A DNA stretch of 35,915 nucleotides, taken from Ionaspis alba (Eukaryota). A program made the translations under genes and the position numbers. Location: contig CAXUUL010000078.1 of NCBI GenBank assembly GCA_964255285.1, positions 1-35,915 on the forward strand, written 5' to 3'. This document shows positions 1-13,535 of this stretch, in pieces (position 1 is the stretch's first letter; every line of letters begins with the position of its first letter). A model generated the notes under the pieces. The model worked only from the letters and a program-made list of their open reading frames with translations, was not told the DNA's origin and did not search any database.

Positions 1-1649
1 AAATTCGTCGTTCGTGTTCAAACAGAAGCGCCTTCACGCAGAGAAGCTGGCAGGAGAGTGGGCAGCTCCAAGGTGTCCACCAGCACAAGAAGCTCTCTCC
101 GTGTTGAGGATGAGTACATAACAATCTGACAAATGGAGTTTCATTGTAGGGAAAGAACCATGCGGTTGCCAAATCAATGGGAAGGAAAAAAAAGACGATA
201 GGGATTGCGCCTCAATTTCACGACTTCAATTCAGAAATCGATTTTCCTGACATCAAACTGCCTGGCGATTAGTTCCTTCAGTGCGTGTTGTTAATAAGCA
301 TCCTCTCCAGGCGTTCCCTTTCTTGACTCTTGACCCGGTTTTTGATGTTTACGTGTGACAGATTGGTTGCAGTCTACCGCTTCATCAAATGCAAGAGGTT
401 GCACGCGGTTAACACGCTGAATCATCACGTAGCTACCCCATCTCATTATGGTGCCTACATTTAACCACCATGTACCTGAATCAAGTCGTGATGGCGAATG
501 ACGATGCTTGCAGGGCTGGTTGTCCTCCGACTTTTCTGAGGGAAAAGCCCCCTCGCTACACTCAAAATGAAGAACAACGACATTTGAAAGATCAGGGAGA
601 ATGCCTGACATTATACTGTTAGCAAGCATAATTCAACTACCAAATACTGCTTTCCACACGCCTCTCGTCGATTTCTGGTACCGCTCGATACGCGTTGGTG
701 TAATACAAATAATAGTTGACTCTCCTCTCAACCAGCCATTTTCGTTTGTGGCCATTGACGTAAATGCCAAGATCCGGAGTCCCGACGGGCCGAGCTCTCG
801 CCGAACGGTCGATTGTTATCCGTGGCGACAGAATCTTTATGGGTCCCAAAATGAAGGGAAGAAAAGATCATTCGTTGCTTCTGCAAATCATCAGAATTAG
901 AAGCGGTCATTAACACAGTAGTGAGCCCCAGAAGCAGAGGGGATCAATCGAGTACCGTTCAGTACATTGTAATCATTATTGCTTGAGCCGGAGAGACTAA
1001 TCAGACTTGGCAAGGACATGACGAGGACATGACAGGGATCTGATGAGGTCAAGAGTTGTGATTGGTTGCTACCGGGCCATCCCTCTCCGTCTGCTTAGTC
1101 TTGGCTTGCAAGTCCTTTTCTTGCTGCACCTCTCGGAGCAATTATTGTTCACTGCTTCACTCGCAAGTATCAGCAGTCAGGCAAGTACCTATTACTGACC
1201 TGCATTATTCACTCGTTTGACGCTTTCTTTAACAATCACCTTCCCGGTCTGATGGTCTGACCGTGCTCAAGTAACCCACTTACTCATCAGGATAGTCGGT
1301 GGCAGCTTGAATCTCACTCCCGCCATGAGCATTGCGCGCCTTATCTCTTTGTCCGACCACGAACCCGACTTTGAAAACCTCCACCATTCCTCTCCAACAC
1401 GCGACACGCTCAATACAATTCCCTCGTCTTCGATGCCGTAGCAGAAGATTCCGGAGTCATCGCTTTTTCCCATCGCAGAGGGATCCTCGTCACATCAACC
1501 GCTTCGTGATAAGTGGAGGCTGGGGATCCTCACATTGCCCGAGAATCCGCGTACCAGCCCAACCGCCCGTGTCCGACTACCACAGAATAGTTTACTTTAA
1601 TCCCTTCCACTGCCCCTAACTGTTTGGATTGCAAGGCTTCACGACTCTA

Positions 1650-4431
1650 ATGATGGCCTACTCGAAACATTACTTCCACAATGCATCTGGTGTCGGCGTT
1701 CTTGCTCTACTCCTCTCCTTCCTCATCCTCGTCCAACCCACTGCAGCAAAAGTCAACTACGTTCAATCTCAAGATGCCAATGGCCAGACTATCTATTTGG
1801 AAGACAATCGGCAGCCGGCTCTGTACACCGGGGACTTTGGGGACTGCCTCGGTGGCTCGCTGCTGGACTTGACCCGCTTCGACGCTGCATACTACCAAGA
1901 TAACATGACCGTCGTTTTCCACATGGCCGGAACCACTCAGCTCAACAACGAGAGCTTAGTCCGTATGTATCAAGACGTCGTTCAGGCCAGGGTCTACCCA
2001 CTAACCATATGCCAGTGTTCATTGGTGTCTTCGCCTATGGCGAGAGTCGATTCGATCTCATATTCAATCCGTGCAATGCCAATATTGCTAGGTCCGAACG
2101 ATGTACCTTTTCCTACTACTTGCACCATAGCTGATACGCCCTAGTCTATGCCCAACGAACGCGAGCACTCCGTTCGAATTCGGCGGTATCATACCCGTAG
2201 CCCAGTCTGACGTTGCTAGCATTCTCCCAATTGCTCTCACGATCCCGGATTTCGAAGGTCAAGCCTTACTCCGCATATTTGCCAACTCGACTCAGTCCGA
2301 GATCGGCTGCTTCTCCGCCTCGGTCACCAACGGAAATACTTTCGCACAGCCTGCGGCCGTCGGATCGATTCTCGGAATCTTCACCGTCCTCGCCCTGGTT
2401 GCCTCCTTGGCCACTGCAATATACGGCGATCACATCCCCACCATGCGTACTCATCACGCGCATTCCCTCTCTCTCTTTGTCGTCTTCTCCGTCTTTCATC
2501 ACATCTTCTTCACCGGCGCCTTGTCCATGAATTGGCCGAGTGTCTTGCCAGCCTTCTGGAGCAATTTTGCTTGGAGTGCCGGGATGATCTACTCGAAAAG
2601 TATGCAGGATAGTATCAACAGGCTCATCGGTACCAACTATGGAAACACTACGGCGGTGGGTGCGCAGAGCTTGGGTCCTTCATCAGACAACACCGGGGGT
2701 GGGTACTCGATCTCACAGATCTACCGACGAGGCCTTGAAGGCACCTCGGTCTTCAAGCGAGATCTCGAGAATAAGACGACAGGATACTCCTGGTACGGAA
2801 GTCCTGTCAAACCTGGCCTGCCACTACCTGGGAATTACTCTGGATTTGCAGGCACACTCTCGAGCGAGAACATCCCTGCATCTAATGCATTCATGACCGG
2901 CTTTCTTTGGCTGCTGGTTCTCATGGCAATCGTCATAGGTTCTGTAACGCTGCTAAAATGGTCACTCGAAGGACTCGGCAGATTCAAGCTCATCAAAAAC
3001 GATCGCCTGGCATTTTTTCGAAACCACTGGATTCGCTACTTAGCCATGGCTGCGCTGCGAATAGCTTTCATCGGATTTTTCATGATGATCTTCCTGAGCT
3101 TGTTCCAGTTTGTGTATCGGGGATCCGCTGGCGTCACTGCCATCGCAGCGCTCGTCTTCCTGATCTTCTTTGTTGGTCTCCTTGGAGTCGCAGGGTATGC
3201 CTGCTTCTACCGCCTTCGATTCGGTCGATTTACGACTTCGCCCGATCGGCTCCATTTCGAATGGACCAAAGTCTTCCGGTTTCTTCCCTGGGTGGTTCTC
3301 ACCCGCGCCAGTCGTCGCACTGAGAAGACAAATCCCAAATCATCGATTGCTTCAATACCGTGGTGGAGCGCGAGTTATATCGACAATGATCCCCAGCGAA
3401 TTGGGATCCACGATGATGAAGACTACATCAGAAAATTCGGTTTCCTCTCCGCCCGCTTCCGCAAAGGAAGGTGGTGGGCATTCGCGCTATGGCTGGTTTA
3501 CGAATTCGTTCGCGCATGCTTCTATGGAGGAGCTGCCGGAAAACCTCTCACCCAAGTGTTTGGCCTCCTCGTTGTAGAAGCCATCGCGCTCATTATCATC
3601 ATACAATTGAAACCATTCGAAGGGTCACGTCTCAATGCATTGATGGTTTACATTCTTGGGTTCTCAAAAGTGGCTGTTTTGGCTCTTAGTGCTGCCTTCG
3701 ACGCGCGCTTCAGCCTACCCCGGATAATCACCACTGTCATCGGAGTCGTCATAATCGTAATTCAAGGAATACTTACAGTGATACTGTTGATCGCTATCGT
3801 TGTTGGGGCCGTGTCCAGTCACATGTCTCTCACGAGGAATCGGGAAGAATACCATCCAAAATCTTGGGCCAATCTTCGAGGACGATACTTTGCCCACATC
3901 AACCGAGCTGCGACTGACCGTCCAGCGTCACCACCGCCGATGCCCGCGGAGCCCAAAGAACCATACTTCAACATGCATTCCGTGCGCCGCGTGCCCAAGA
4001 TCGAGGACGAAGACAACGATCACATCGGTGAGTTCTATGGCGGCAACGGCTCTCGAACTTCTGTTGCTGGGGTCGGCACAGTGGGTACGACAACAAATCG
4101 TGGTAGTCGTGCCAACAGCATGCGATCGACCATGTCCTATAGCAATCTTCCATTCGGTGCCAGACCTCACCGCACGAGCTGGAGCAGTCGGGATTTCACC
4201 AGCTGGCACGAGGCCGGTAACAGAGAATCGGGGACCATGAGTCGCGGTGGCCTTTCGAACATGCAGAGTGAGGGCAGCTTACGGGATTCATATGGCGTTC
4301 CACCGCGTTCCAGGGCACCCAGTAGGGGGAACACTTTTCCACTCGAAGTAAGGAAACCTCGTAATAACGGAAAGGAGAAGGAGCGAGAGACGGTCGTGGA
4401 GAAGAATGACAGCAAGGACGTTGAGCCCTAA
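1650..4431 (+). CDS. FLC/Pkd2-family TRP-like membrane protein (signal peptide, ML-like TRP_N domain, multi-TM TRP domain)
   Basis: Exons 1650-1962, 2016-2091, 2145-4431 (introns GTATGT..CAG, GTCCGA..TAG) join the 171-aa and 674-aa ORFs in frame; motifs RQPALYTGDFGDC, FDLIFNPCNANIASLCP, GALSMNWPSVLPAFWSNFAWSAGMI; many hydrophobic helices. Confidence 0.9.
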
Positions 4432-5187
4432 TTAAGTTACGAGATACATAGCTGTGTTCAACACAGGCGTAAGCCTGTGCCTTCGCGAAGTTATGACTAT
4501 GGCATATGAGGGGATTTGCTGTCCTCGAAACAGATCGTCCGCAGCGGAAGCTCTGTTTGCTTATGGCATTAATTTTCTTTTGTGTCGACCTTGCTAGGAT
4601 TGGCTATGGTGCAAGGTAATCTTACAGCCTCGGAGCAAGGACGGTCGTGCGAAGACATCGTCTCCCGGCAAGTTCTTGACACACTCTTCGCATACACACG
4701 GTGTTCGGGGCGCATGAAATCGAGCATTGGTATGATCCGTTCGGGATTCGGGATTGATAGCACATAGGTTTAGAAGATTAATACAGACCTCAAAGTCGTT
4801 CTTGATAAAATAATATTGCTCACTGATCACGATGAATGTCGATCGGAGAGCAAGGGACTTCATTGCCATTGAATCCATGCCAAATCTTGCGTGAAGGCTC
4901 CGATACCTTGTTGTCTCAAATTGTATGGGTTGGCCTACTGTGTTATATGCCATTTCACTGATTGGGGGTATCTAATGCAGTACACAGATCCTCTATCCTT
5001 GCCTAACAGTCAACCTACAAACGGTCGAAACCCCGTGAAAACATATCCAGTCGAACCACCCCAGCACCTTTCCAGTGACGAACTCCCGCGGAGTAGCATT
5101 GATTGCGAAGTCACGCATATCCGCCGTGTATAATGTATTCCAATCGAGCCACTTGCTTGGACCTTAGAAGTAACACGTGCATCACAT

Positions 5188-8100
5188 TCACATCACGACA
5201 CAGTCACTATCGGACTGCTTGTTCACGGCTGATCGCGAGACGCGAGATTTCTGCTTCATCGCCCCGCCCCTCCGTAGCTCCTCCAGTCTCTCTCGAGCTT
5301 TGGGGAAGTTTTGTGCTTGGCGAAATTAGCCAAGCTCTCTCCACCATGGTCTCGGGTACGACTCCATGGGAACTTACAAGCTGCTCTCCAATACCATCGC
5401 TTCGCATCCTCGATGTTCGCTGGAGCTCCGATCCCAACCTCGGTGAAATAGCCCATAGCGTACTCGGCCTTGGCCAACCCAGCCGTACCCGCCTTCCTCG
5501 CCCAAAGATAGGCTTCCGTGTCGCTTTGCTGCAGAACGTTTTCGGCACCAGTGAGATACCATCCGGAAAGTGCAAGTTCGCTCTGGTGCTCCTCCTGCAC
5601 GGCTGCCTTACTGTACCATGCTATACTCTGCCTCGGATCGATTGGACATCCCATGCTTCCATATTCATAAGCGGTCCCAAGACGGTACTGCGAGAACTTA
5701 TAGCCCAATTCAGCCGCCTGGATAAAAAGCTGCTTGGCATAAGCTTCGTCTCGGATGATGTTGTCATTCCCACTGGCACTTTCGAATAAGAGACCCTGTT
5801 ATCCAACCGTTAATCCAGAGGGCTTCGGTCCGGAAATCAGGGAAACTTACAAGTTCGTGGAGTGCATGTGGATTCTCTTCATCGGCACGTTCCGCAGCCC
5901 GCTTCAGCCAGACAATCGCCTCCCTGGAGTTCCTGGGCTGTCCGAGTAGGCCCTTCAACTGTATCATGCCCATCTTGTACATGGCCGGAGTGTCTCCCAG
6001 CGTTGCGGCTCTCTTGTACCACTGCATCGCCTTGAGTGGATCTCGTCGAGTGCCTCCACCTTCTTCCTGGCCCATCTCGCAGCACACGGCGACTCTGTAG
6101 GCAGATTGAGCATGACCAGCTTTAGCGGCGGACTGATAGAGAGCAAATGCCTCTTTGACATCTGGTGCCAAGCCCAGCAGGCCCCGTCCGTAACAGTCGG
6201 CGAGGTAGAACATGGCCTCAGGATAGCCATTATTCACGAGTTTCTTCACAATCTTGTGGGCGTCAAGGACGTAGCGCTCGCGATTTCTCGTCCGGGTCTT
6301 GGGGTCCGCACGTCCACCCTCATCTGCCAGCACAGACGCGGCTTCGACCATCTTTTTGGCCAGGAGCAGCTGACCTTTCAGATCTTGTGGATTGGCCCGA
6401 ACCATTTGCTGTAGACGCTGAAGTTCTTGATGCGTTACAGGGACTGGCTGCTCATTTCCGTGCGATGGAGCGACCATCGTCTGTGGTTGTTGAGACAGAC
6501 TTGTTCGGGCAACAGGCGAAGGTGTGTTATGATACTGCCGGACGGGTGCGGGTTTGGGTGACGCACTCGATGGAGATGTTTGCAAGAGGCCAGGGCGTAC
6601 TGGCGTTGGATGTTGGGGAAGGGTGTCAGGATTGGTTGAGCGACCTGTAGGAGGCGATTTCGGGACATTGCTTACCATAGGATGGACCCCTTGTTGAGTG
6701 TTCATCTCGAGTCGGGTATTTATCGACGAGTCCTGATGTCTTATTGACTGGTTTGCTGGACTGCCATATCTCGGTAGTGATACATGACCTTCTGAATCGA
6801 ACCGTGATGACACCATGTCAGGTTCTTTCTGCATCAACGGAAGGGGGTGCCTTGGTAAACGTGGGCGAAAAGGTGGCTCGCTGTAATTGATAGTTTCGTA
6901 CGTGTTGTCATACGCTGAAGCAGTTGGCAGGTAATTGGGAGTAGGGAGTGGTGGTACTTTTCCAGCAGTTCCAAAATCGAAGCCCTGCTCTTGGATGTTT
7001 GAGACTCCTCCGCCTCGAGCGTCAGGCTGGGATCTGCTCCTGTTACCAGATCCAGCAATGTTCGTAGTCTTTCTATCAGATCGACCTTGACTGTACTCGC
7101 TCGGTATCGACTCTAGATGCGAAGCTGCTTGTTGCGGTGCAAGATGCAGTTGCTGATCAATAGACATCCCACGACCCGGCCCTGTCTGCTCGTCTGGCAA
7201 TGCATCAAAGTTCGGCATATCTTCCTCAGGAGGTGTGCGTGGGTTGTGCCGAGAATCTGGAGCAACGACAACCTGAGGTGCATCGTAGTACGAATCGAAA
7301 AGATCACCGTAATTTTCTTGCTGGCCACGTGGTATTTGAGGCACTACTGGTTGCATATGATGGTCTTCTTGGGGCTTTCTTTTATGGCCTTCGGAGGATC
7401 TCGATCGTCCACGATTGTAGCCCGTGTGCCCCGACACAGCATGTGACTCTTGGACGTAACTTGCATTTCTTCGAGCTGCATCGTCCTCTTGCTGATGCCT
7501 GTGCGACTTCAAAGCGGCAAGATCAGGACCTTGACCCAAAGTAAGATGTGTTTGCATCATCTTCTCCGATACTGTGTTTGGTAAAGTCTGACTTCTCCCT
7601 GCGTCTGCATAGTGCCTTGGTCCTCTCGCATCCATATATGCCGGATGAGCTGCACCATAGGTAGTAGCTGATGGAGTTGATCCATAGTTTGGACGTGGTA
7701 GGGCCCCACCGCGCGTACCTTTGTATTCCTGTTGTATAGTCCTTGTATCCTCCCAGCTCCCATCACGCATTCGCTCGATGGCCGGTCCATGTGCACGGCC
7801 GAAGTTTCGCTCGCCCTCTTGATCTTTGGCGATCTGTTTTAGGTATTGAGGTTCAGGCTGATCGTCTCGATCCTGATTGCCTTTGAGCTGTCCCTCGGGT
7901 TTTTGAGACGCTTGATACATCTGATGTTGACTCTCTGGCTTTGACTTCAATTCCTTGCCCTCCTGTACAGCACCTTTCTTTCGTCCTGTAGGAAAAGTGG
8001 GAAATGGATTGTCCCAACTGAGTTTAGGAGATGAAGGTTCTTGGATGATCCGTTCCTTGGAGGCTATACTTTGACATTAGTCACATTCGTGCTTGGGCTT

Positions 8101-8751
8101 CTGGAAGTAGGTGTGCATACCAGCTTTCTTTTTCGCTCGTCCATTGATCTGCTTATACCCATCACCGATGTTTGTGTTACTTCCGACATGGATATGCGTT
8201 TGGGTGACGGCGGGCACTGATTCATATTGAGATGGCTTTCTGTACGCGTCGTCGCTATGTGACCGAAGTAAAGGGGGTCCGCGCCGGCCATATTCCTGGA
8301 TTTCACTAGGTTGGGTGAGTCGAGCATGACGACTTCCGTACGAAGACGGCTCCATCCGATGCTGGGAATGGTATGCACTGTGCTGATCCGCAGGGAGTCT
8401 GCTGTTGTGCTGCGAGCCTTGACGCTCTGAATATCCTACCTGTAGACCGTCGTCCGCAAGACGGATCTGACCTTGTTGTTGTGGCGCATAATACTCATGT
8501 GAAGAGTGAGCCAGCACTCTCTGGTTCGGATGTTCTCTAATCGGCATGTTTAGGTCTTCATGTCGTCTTTGCCTGACTGGCGGTTGATTCGGCTGTGAAT
8601 TCTCGTAAATGTAGGAACCGGACTTCTGATTTGGAGAATACCCTCGATCGTCGCCTTGTTTGTACTCAGGAGGGACGTTCAGAGGTGCTGATTGGGGACC
8701 GTGGTACTGAGCTATGGAGAAAACATGTGGTGTCTGATTATTGTACGCCAT
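5188..8751 (-). CDS. Chitin synthase activator, Chs4/Skt5-like Sel1-repeat protein with C-terminal CaaX box
   Basis: Exons 8751-8121, 8063-5851, 5795-5378, 5315-5188; Sel1 repeats (AMFYLADCYGRG, AMYKMGMIQLKG, AEYAMGYFTEVG); long Q/P-rich N-terminus with SWDNPFPTF; spliced C-terminus ends SDCVVM*. Confidence 0.92.
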
Positions 8752-9674
8752 GGCAATGACGTGATTTAATCTGAAGATCTCCAGTCTTGGGCGGTGAGCT
8801 TATGTGGATTGATTTCTCCCTTTTGTGTTGGCAGTATGCTCTGCTTAGGATGGTATGCAAGCCAGGCGCTGTTAAATTGACCAACAGAACACATGGGCGG
8901 TGGTCGTAAATTGAGAGGGTATGTGAGTCGAGGTAGTAAAGTCGCCTAGGTGTAGTCCAGCTGTCATCCGCAGCATCTCACGAGATAGTTCCGAGGCCAT
9001 CGAACGTTGAGTGGTAGAGCGACAACATAGGCGAGCTGAAGGTTGGGCTCGCGGAGATTGGCATTCCTTGATTTGCTTTGCAACTCGTTGCTTTATTTGA
9101 CACGACCAAGATGCGCAGGAACAAGGATGTTCGAGGACCAGGGACCTTCCAACCAGGTCGTAACTGTGGTTCTAGTGCATCTGTAACTAACGCTGCGCCG
9201 ACTAGCATATGACGTTCATCCACCCTATCGACAAGATCAACGATTGGAGTTCTGACTCTGAACCGAGAGATGATGCCAGGAACATAGTACGATATAGGAC
9301 TACCCTCTCAGACGCAGTACGGCAAGTGTCTATCGGCATGCATGATCTACGCGCCATGCCGGATGCACATCAAGTTCTGGACCCGTGTTCCCGCGCGGGG
9401 CGGCTTGATGGAGCGCGCTTCTTTAGCTATTGCATCACCACCGCTTGCGTCAAGCGCTTAAAGTGTGTGCTTGCGGGTATCTATGATGCATTTCTCGAGC
9501 TCAGTCTTCAAGTTACATTACCTCCTTCTGGTATCGCTCAATCTGGCCCCAAGTTGCGGCAAGCACTCACTGATATTGCTGCGATTGATCTCAGCATTCT
9601 AACTATTTGAACGATAAAGTCCCGACCATAGCAACGTTTGCAGATTCCAACATCGAACGATTTCATCTATTGAC

Positions 9675-10228
9675 ATGTCGGCGAAGACGTGGATCAAAAT
9701 GGCAATCGCGTAAGTCAACATGCCAGATCACAACGTTGCATAGCACTCCTGCCATCTCTTGATATCTATGAGTTAGTTTTTCGATCTAACGCTTGCCATA
9801 GGGGCGTTGTCCTGTGCATTGGAGGTCCGGCCTTGGTCATCTATGTTACTCCTACCGAAGAAGAACTATTCAAGGTAGGAAGAGAGTCCTGGGCTAGATT
9901 TGGATGATTTTAATTGTGGCATCGCCAGCGTTACAATCCGGACTTGCAAAAGCGATCGTTGGAGAATCGCGAAGGGCGGCAGAAGGAATTTGATGAGTTT
10001 GTCGCAAAATTGAAGGAGTATTCGAAGTCAGATAAGCCAAGTAAGCTCGAGTCCATCCTACAACCTGCAGGTTATCCTGGTACTGAATTGTTCGGTTCAG
10101 TATGGGTAGTAGCAAAGGAAGACGAGGAGCGGAAACGGGCTGAAGCAGCGCAAAAGCAAGCACGCTTGGCTCTTGAAATGCAGAAGCGAAGGGAGGAAAT
10201 AAAACAGGAATCCCTCCGCGCTCAGTAA
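9675..10228 (+). CDS. CBP4: Cytochrome bc1 assembly factor Cbp4
   Basis: Exons 9675-9709, 9802-9874, 9929-10040, 10101-10228 give [50 protein letters not shown]...YSKSDKPIW. Confidence 0.9.
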
Positions 10229-10760
10229 TCACTCATCAGCATATGAGATCCTAACGTTCTAGTAAAGCACGATCAACCTTTGATTAGGCCCGTCAGCACC
10301 AGTGTTATGTAGAGTCACATCCTTCCACCCACCGATCCTTGGAACTCATCAATCGAGATCCTCGTTGAATGATATCGACTTGGGGCCCTACAATGAATAG
10401 ACTGTACGATTTACTAAAGACTATGAAAGGGTTTTAATAGAGCAATCCCCGATGGTATTCAAGAACTTTCGCAGTTCTTTTGCTCGAGATCTTCCCGTGT
10501 CTATTTGCACTGATTGGTTCAGCATTTGACATCTCTGTATCGCAACCTTTTCAAGTGTTGATGTGGCCATAGGATACCCATTGCCACATCATTGAGATGT
10601 TTATATTGTTCAATTTGATTGAAAATACCTACACATTATATATCATGTTGATACTATGTAAATCAATGGTGATGGATGTGGAGCACTTTTAACAAATTAC
10701 GAAGAACGGTGGTTAGACCATCCTCCGAGAAGTACTTGGAAGCCGAAGATAAAGACTCGA

Positions 10761-12655
10761 TCATAGTTTAGCAGCCGGTCCAACCGATGTGATTTCGTTA
10801 TACAGTAATCTAGAAGTGGTGTCAGCGCTCAAAGGGTCTCGATGCGCAGACAGGGTCGACTCACGATGTTAGAAAATCTGCATAATCTTCGCCAGTAACT
10901 TGCCCGGAAAAGTATTGAGCAGCAAGATGATACTTGTTCCCTTTCGGTGCCTTTGATGCCAATTCGTCCGCTTGCTCCTTCAGAAGCCTCTGCGCGTATG
11001 CTTTGTCGACCTTTTTGCCCTCTGCCGTCGTCACACCATGCCGACACCATTGCCACAATTGACTTCGACTAACTTCTGCGGTAGCGGCATCCTCCTGCAG
11101 TTGAGAGTCGCATCAAAATAAGTTCTTCGAGGTGAATATCAGAGGACTCACCATGAGATAATTGATGGGCACGCACCCGATCCCCTTCAGCCACCCCTCC
11201 ATATATCCGAGACCGATGTTGAGATTCTTCCTGATGCCCTCCTCGGTAATTGTTCCGGGCATGTTCATGTTCAGCAAATCATTCGCCGTGATGTGCACAT
11301 CCTCCCTATATACGAAGAGCTGATTGGGTGTGGGCATGTGCTTGTTGAATACCTCCGACGCGATAGCGGCTAAAGCTGGGTGTGCAACCCAGGTTCCATC
11401 GTGCCCAGCACGAACCTCACGTAACTTGTCTGAATAGACATTGGCCATTGCAGCATCATTGGCCTTTTTGTCGTCTTTGATAGGTATCTGTGCTGCCATG
11501 CCACCCTTGACGCAGATCAGTCATGGGAATGGTGATGGAAACTGCTGGGATCATACCATCGCATGCACTCCTCGCTTGTGGCATGTCTTGATCAGTAATT
11601 TCACATAGGCATCCATGAACGGTACCGTCATTGTCACCGCTGAGCGATCAGGGAGTACAAAATTCGGGTTCTGCCGGAATTTCTTGATGACGCTGAAAAT
11701 GTAATCCCATCGTCCACAGTTCAGTCCCGCACTGTGATCACGAAGTTCATAAATGATCTATGACCACACATCAGTCCTGTACGCAGATCCATTACAACAA
11801 GGTGACGAACCTCCTCCATTTCGAAAGCAGCGACGATGGTCTCAATCAACACTGTCCCACGGATTGTCCCGCGAGGCATAGCAATGTAGTCCTGGCTCAG
11901 ATTGAAAACGTCGTTCCACAAACGAGCCTCAAGATGCGATTCCATCTTCGGAAGATAGAAGTATGGACCGGTACCGCGTTTGACGAGCTCGTGGGCATTG
12001 TGGTAGAAATAGAGGCCGAAATCAAAGAGGCTGCCGGCAATAGGCTCCCCGTCGACCGTGAAATGTTTTTCCTCAAGATGCCAACCGCGAGCTCTGGCGA
12101 TCAAGGTCGGAAGGACTCTGTCTGTGCGAAGTTTGTACTCCTTTTCACCTTGCTTGAAATCTATCTGCTTGCGAATGGCGTCATAAAGGTTGACCTGGCC
12201 GTTGATCATGTTGTCCCACGTTGGGGCGCTGGAGTCTGTACACATCCGACATTAGCCAAACGTCTCGAGGCACGTCCCAGCGAGCAGTTTCGACCTTCGA
12301 AGTCTGCCATGTAGGTCCAAACATTGGAATTCAATGCATTGACGACCATCTTCCTGTCCGTGGGCCCGGTGATTTCAACTCGGCGGTCAACTAGCCCAGG
12401 AGCAGGCGGAGCACCCTTCCATGCAGCATTCTCCCGGATGTGCTTCGTTTCGGGAAGAAAGTCGGGGAGGACGCCTTTGTCCAGTTCAGCTTGTCTGATT
12501 ATTCGACGTTGGAGCAGTTCCTTCCGCCTGGCATTGAAAGATCGGTGCAGGAGGGCAAGGAATGCAGTAGCTTCCTTATTGAGTATATTTCCCGTCTTGT
12601 CGTTGAGGGGGCCCAGCACGGCCACACCTTGCAGAATAGTATCAATGTTTGCCAT
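10761..12655 (-). CDS. acuE: Malate synthase (glyoxylate cycle), peroxisomal
   Basis: Introns 12236-12294, 11758-11810, 11506-11556, 11095-11151, 10810-10864; motifs [53 protein letters not shown]; last exon ends AAKL* (PTS1). Confidence 0.97.
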
Positions 12656-12764
12656 GCCTGAGGATGAATTGCAGCGGTTGTATTGAGTGGTGTTCGAAGG
12701 ATGGGATATTTCGAACGACGGCGAGCCTACGTCAGGGATGAAGAACACCACGACAAGAAGCTGC

Positions 12765-12930
12765 GCGGGGCAAGGTCAACGGAGAAGACCGGGTCAAAGG
12801 CATGATCGGAAACAGCTCAGAGAATACCTCGGGCTAATGGATTCGATTCAATGATAGTTTTTCTCTGTGAATGTGAATGTGAATGTGGGGTAACCCTGTC
12901 TCAGGCCCCGCTGCCCGGCTTCAACCGAGG
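12765..12930. promoter_or_regulatory. Candidate FarA/FarB (CCGAGG) and CreA (SYGGRG) sites upstream of malate synthase
   Basis: CCTCGG 12827-12832 and CCGAGG 12925-12930; GCGGGG 12765-12770, GTGGGG 12885-12890, CCCCGC 12906-12911. Confidence 0.5.
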
Positions 12931-13535
12931 TCGCGCGTCTTAATCCCTTTGCCAGAGACAGGCAGACGAGAATAAAAATAAGAATCCTGTTTCTTTTCTG
13001 CCCGATGACAACTCTTAGTGCTAAAGGCACAGGCCTTTAGGGGGACTTTTGTCGTGAGATATAAAGATAATTTATTGACAATATGCCTCTAAGGCCTTAG
13101 CATGCTTGAAGATGCAGCGGCACATCATAACACTTACGTCCCCATTAGAACACGGTCGACATCCCCACAATTCCTGTATAATGATTCTAACCCACACGTA
13201 GCATATACCCGTCTCAGCAGTTCTGTCACAAAAAATTCTGATGGAATCGTGCCGATTCAATCCACAGTTACTGCGTAGAACCCACAGCTCGTCAGTGTAT
13301 TGATAAGAAGGTGTCCAAACTCTTTTTTTTTAAAGAGCGTGTATCTCTACCACTTTTTTCTTTCTTTGATTTGTAATACGTGGACCTGCTTATACAAGCT
13401 TGCTGATTTTCTGCATTTTATTACCAAGGATTACATACGACATGTCCTCTGTAGAGTTACCTACAATAAAAACGCCTTCTTCCCGCAGCGTTTGATGCTT
13501 CTTTCTATTGTTTACGTTTATTTGTAAGATCAAAT

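Noticed and set aside
291..916. Short overlapping ORFs with some intron-like signals at the left edge
   Set aside because: No recognisable protein motif and no consistent spliced frame; a degraded gene cannot be excluded
10041..10100. ORF track reads through a 60-nt segment inside CBP4
   Set aside because: It has GTAAGC..CTGAA..CAG signals and interrupts SDKPIW, so it is best read as an in-frame intron
12656..12751. In-frame upstream extension of malate synthase
   Set aside because: Begins at a GTG with no ATG; GGCATGG at 12655 gives the expected N-terminus
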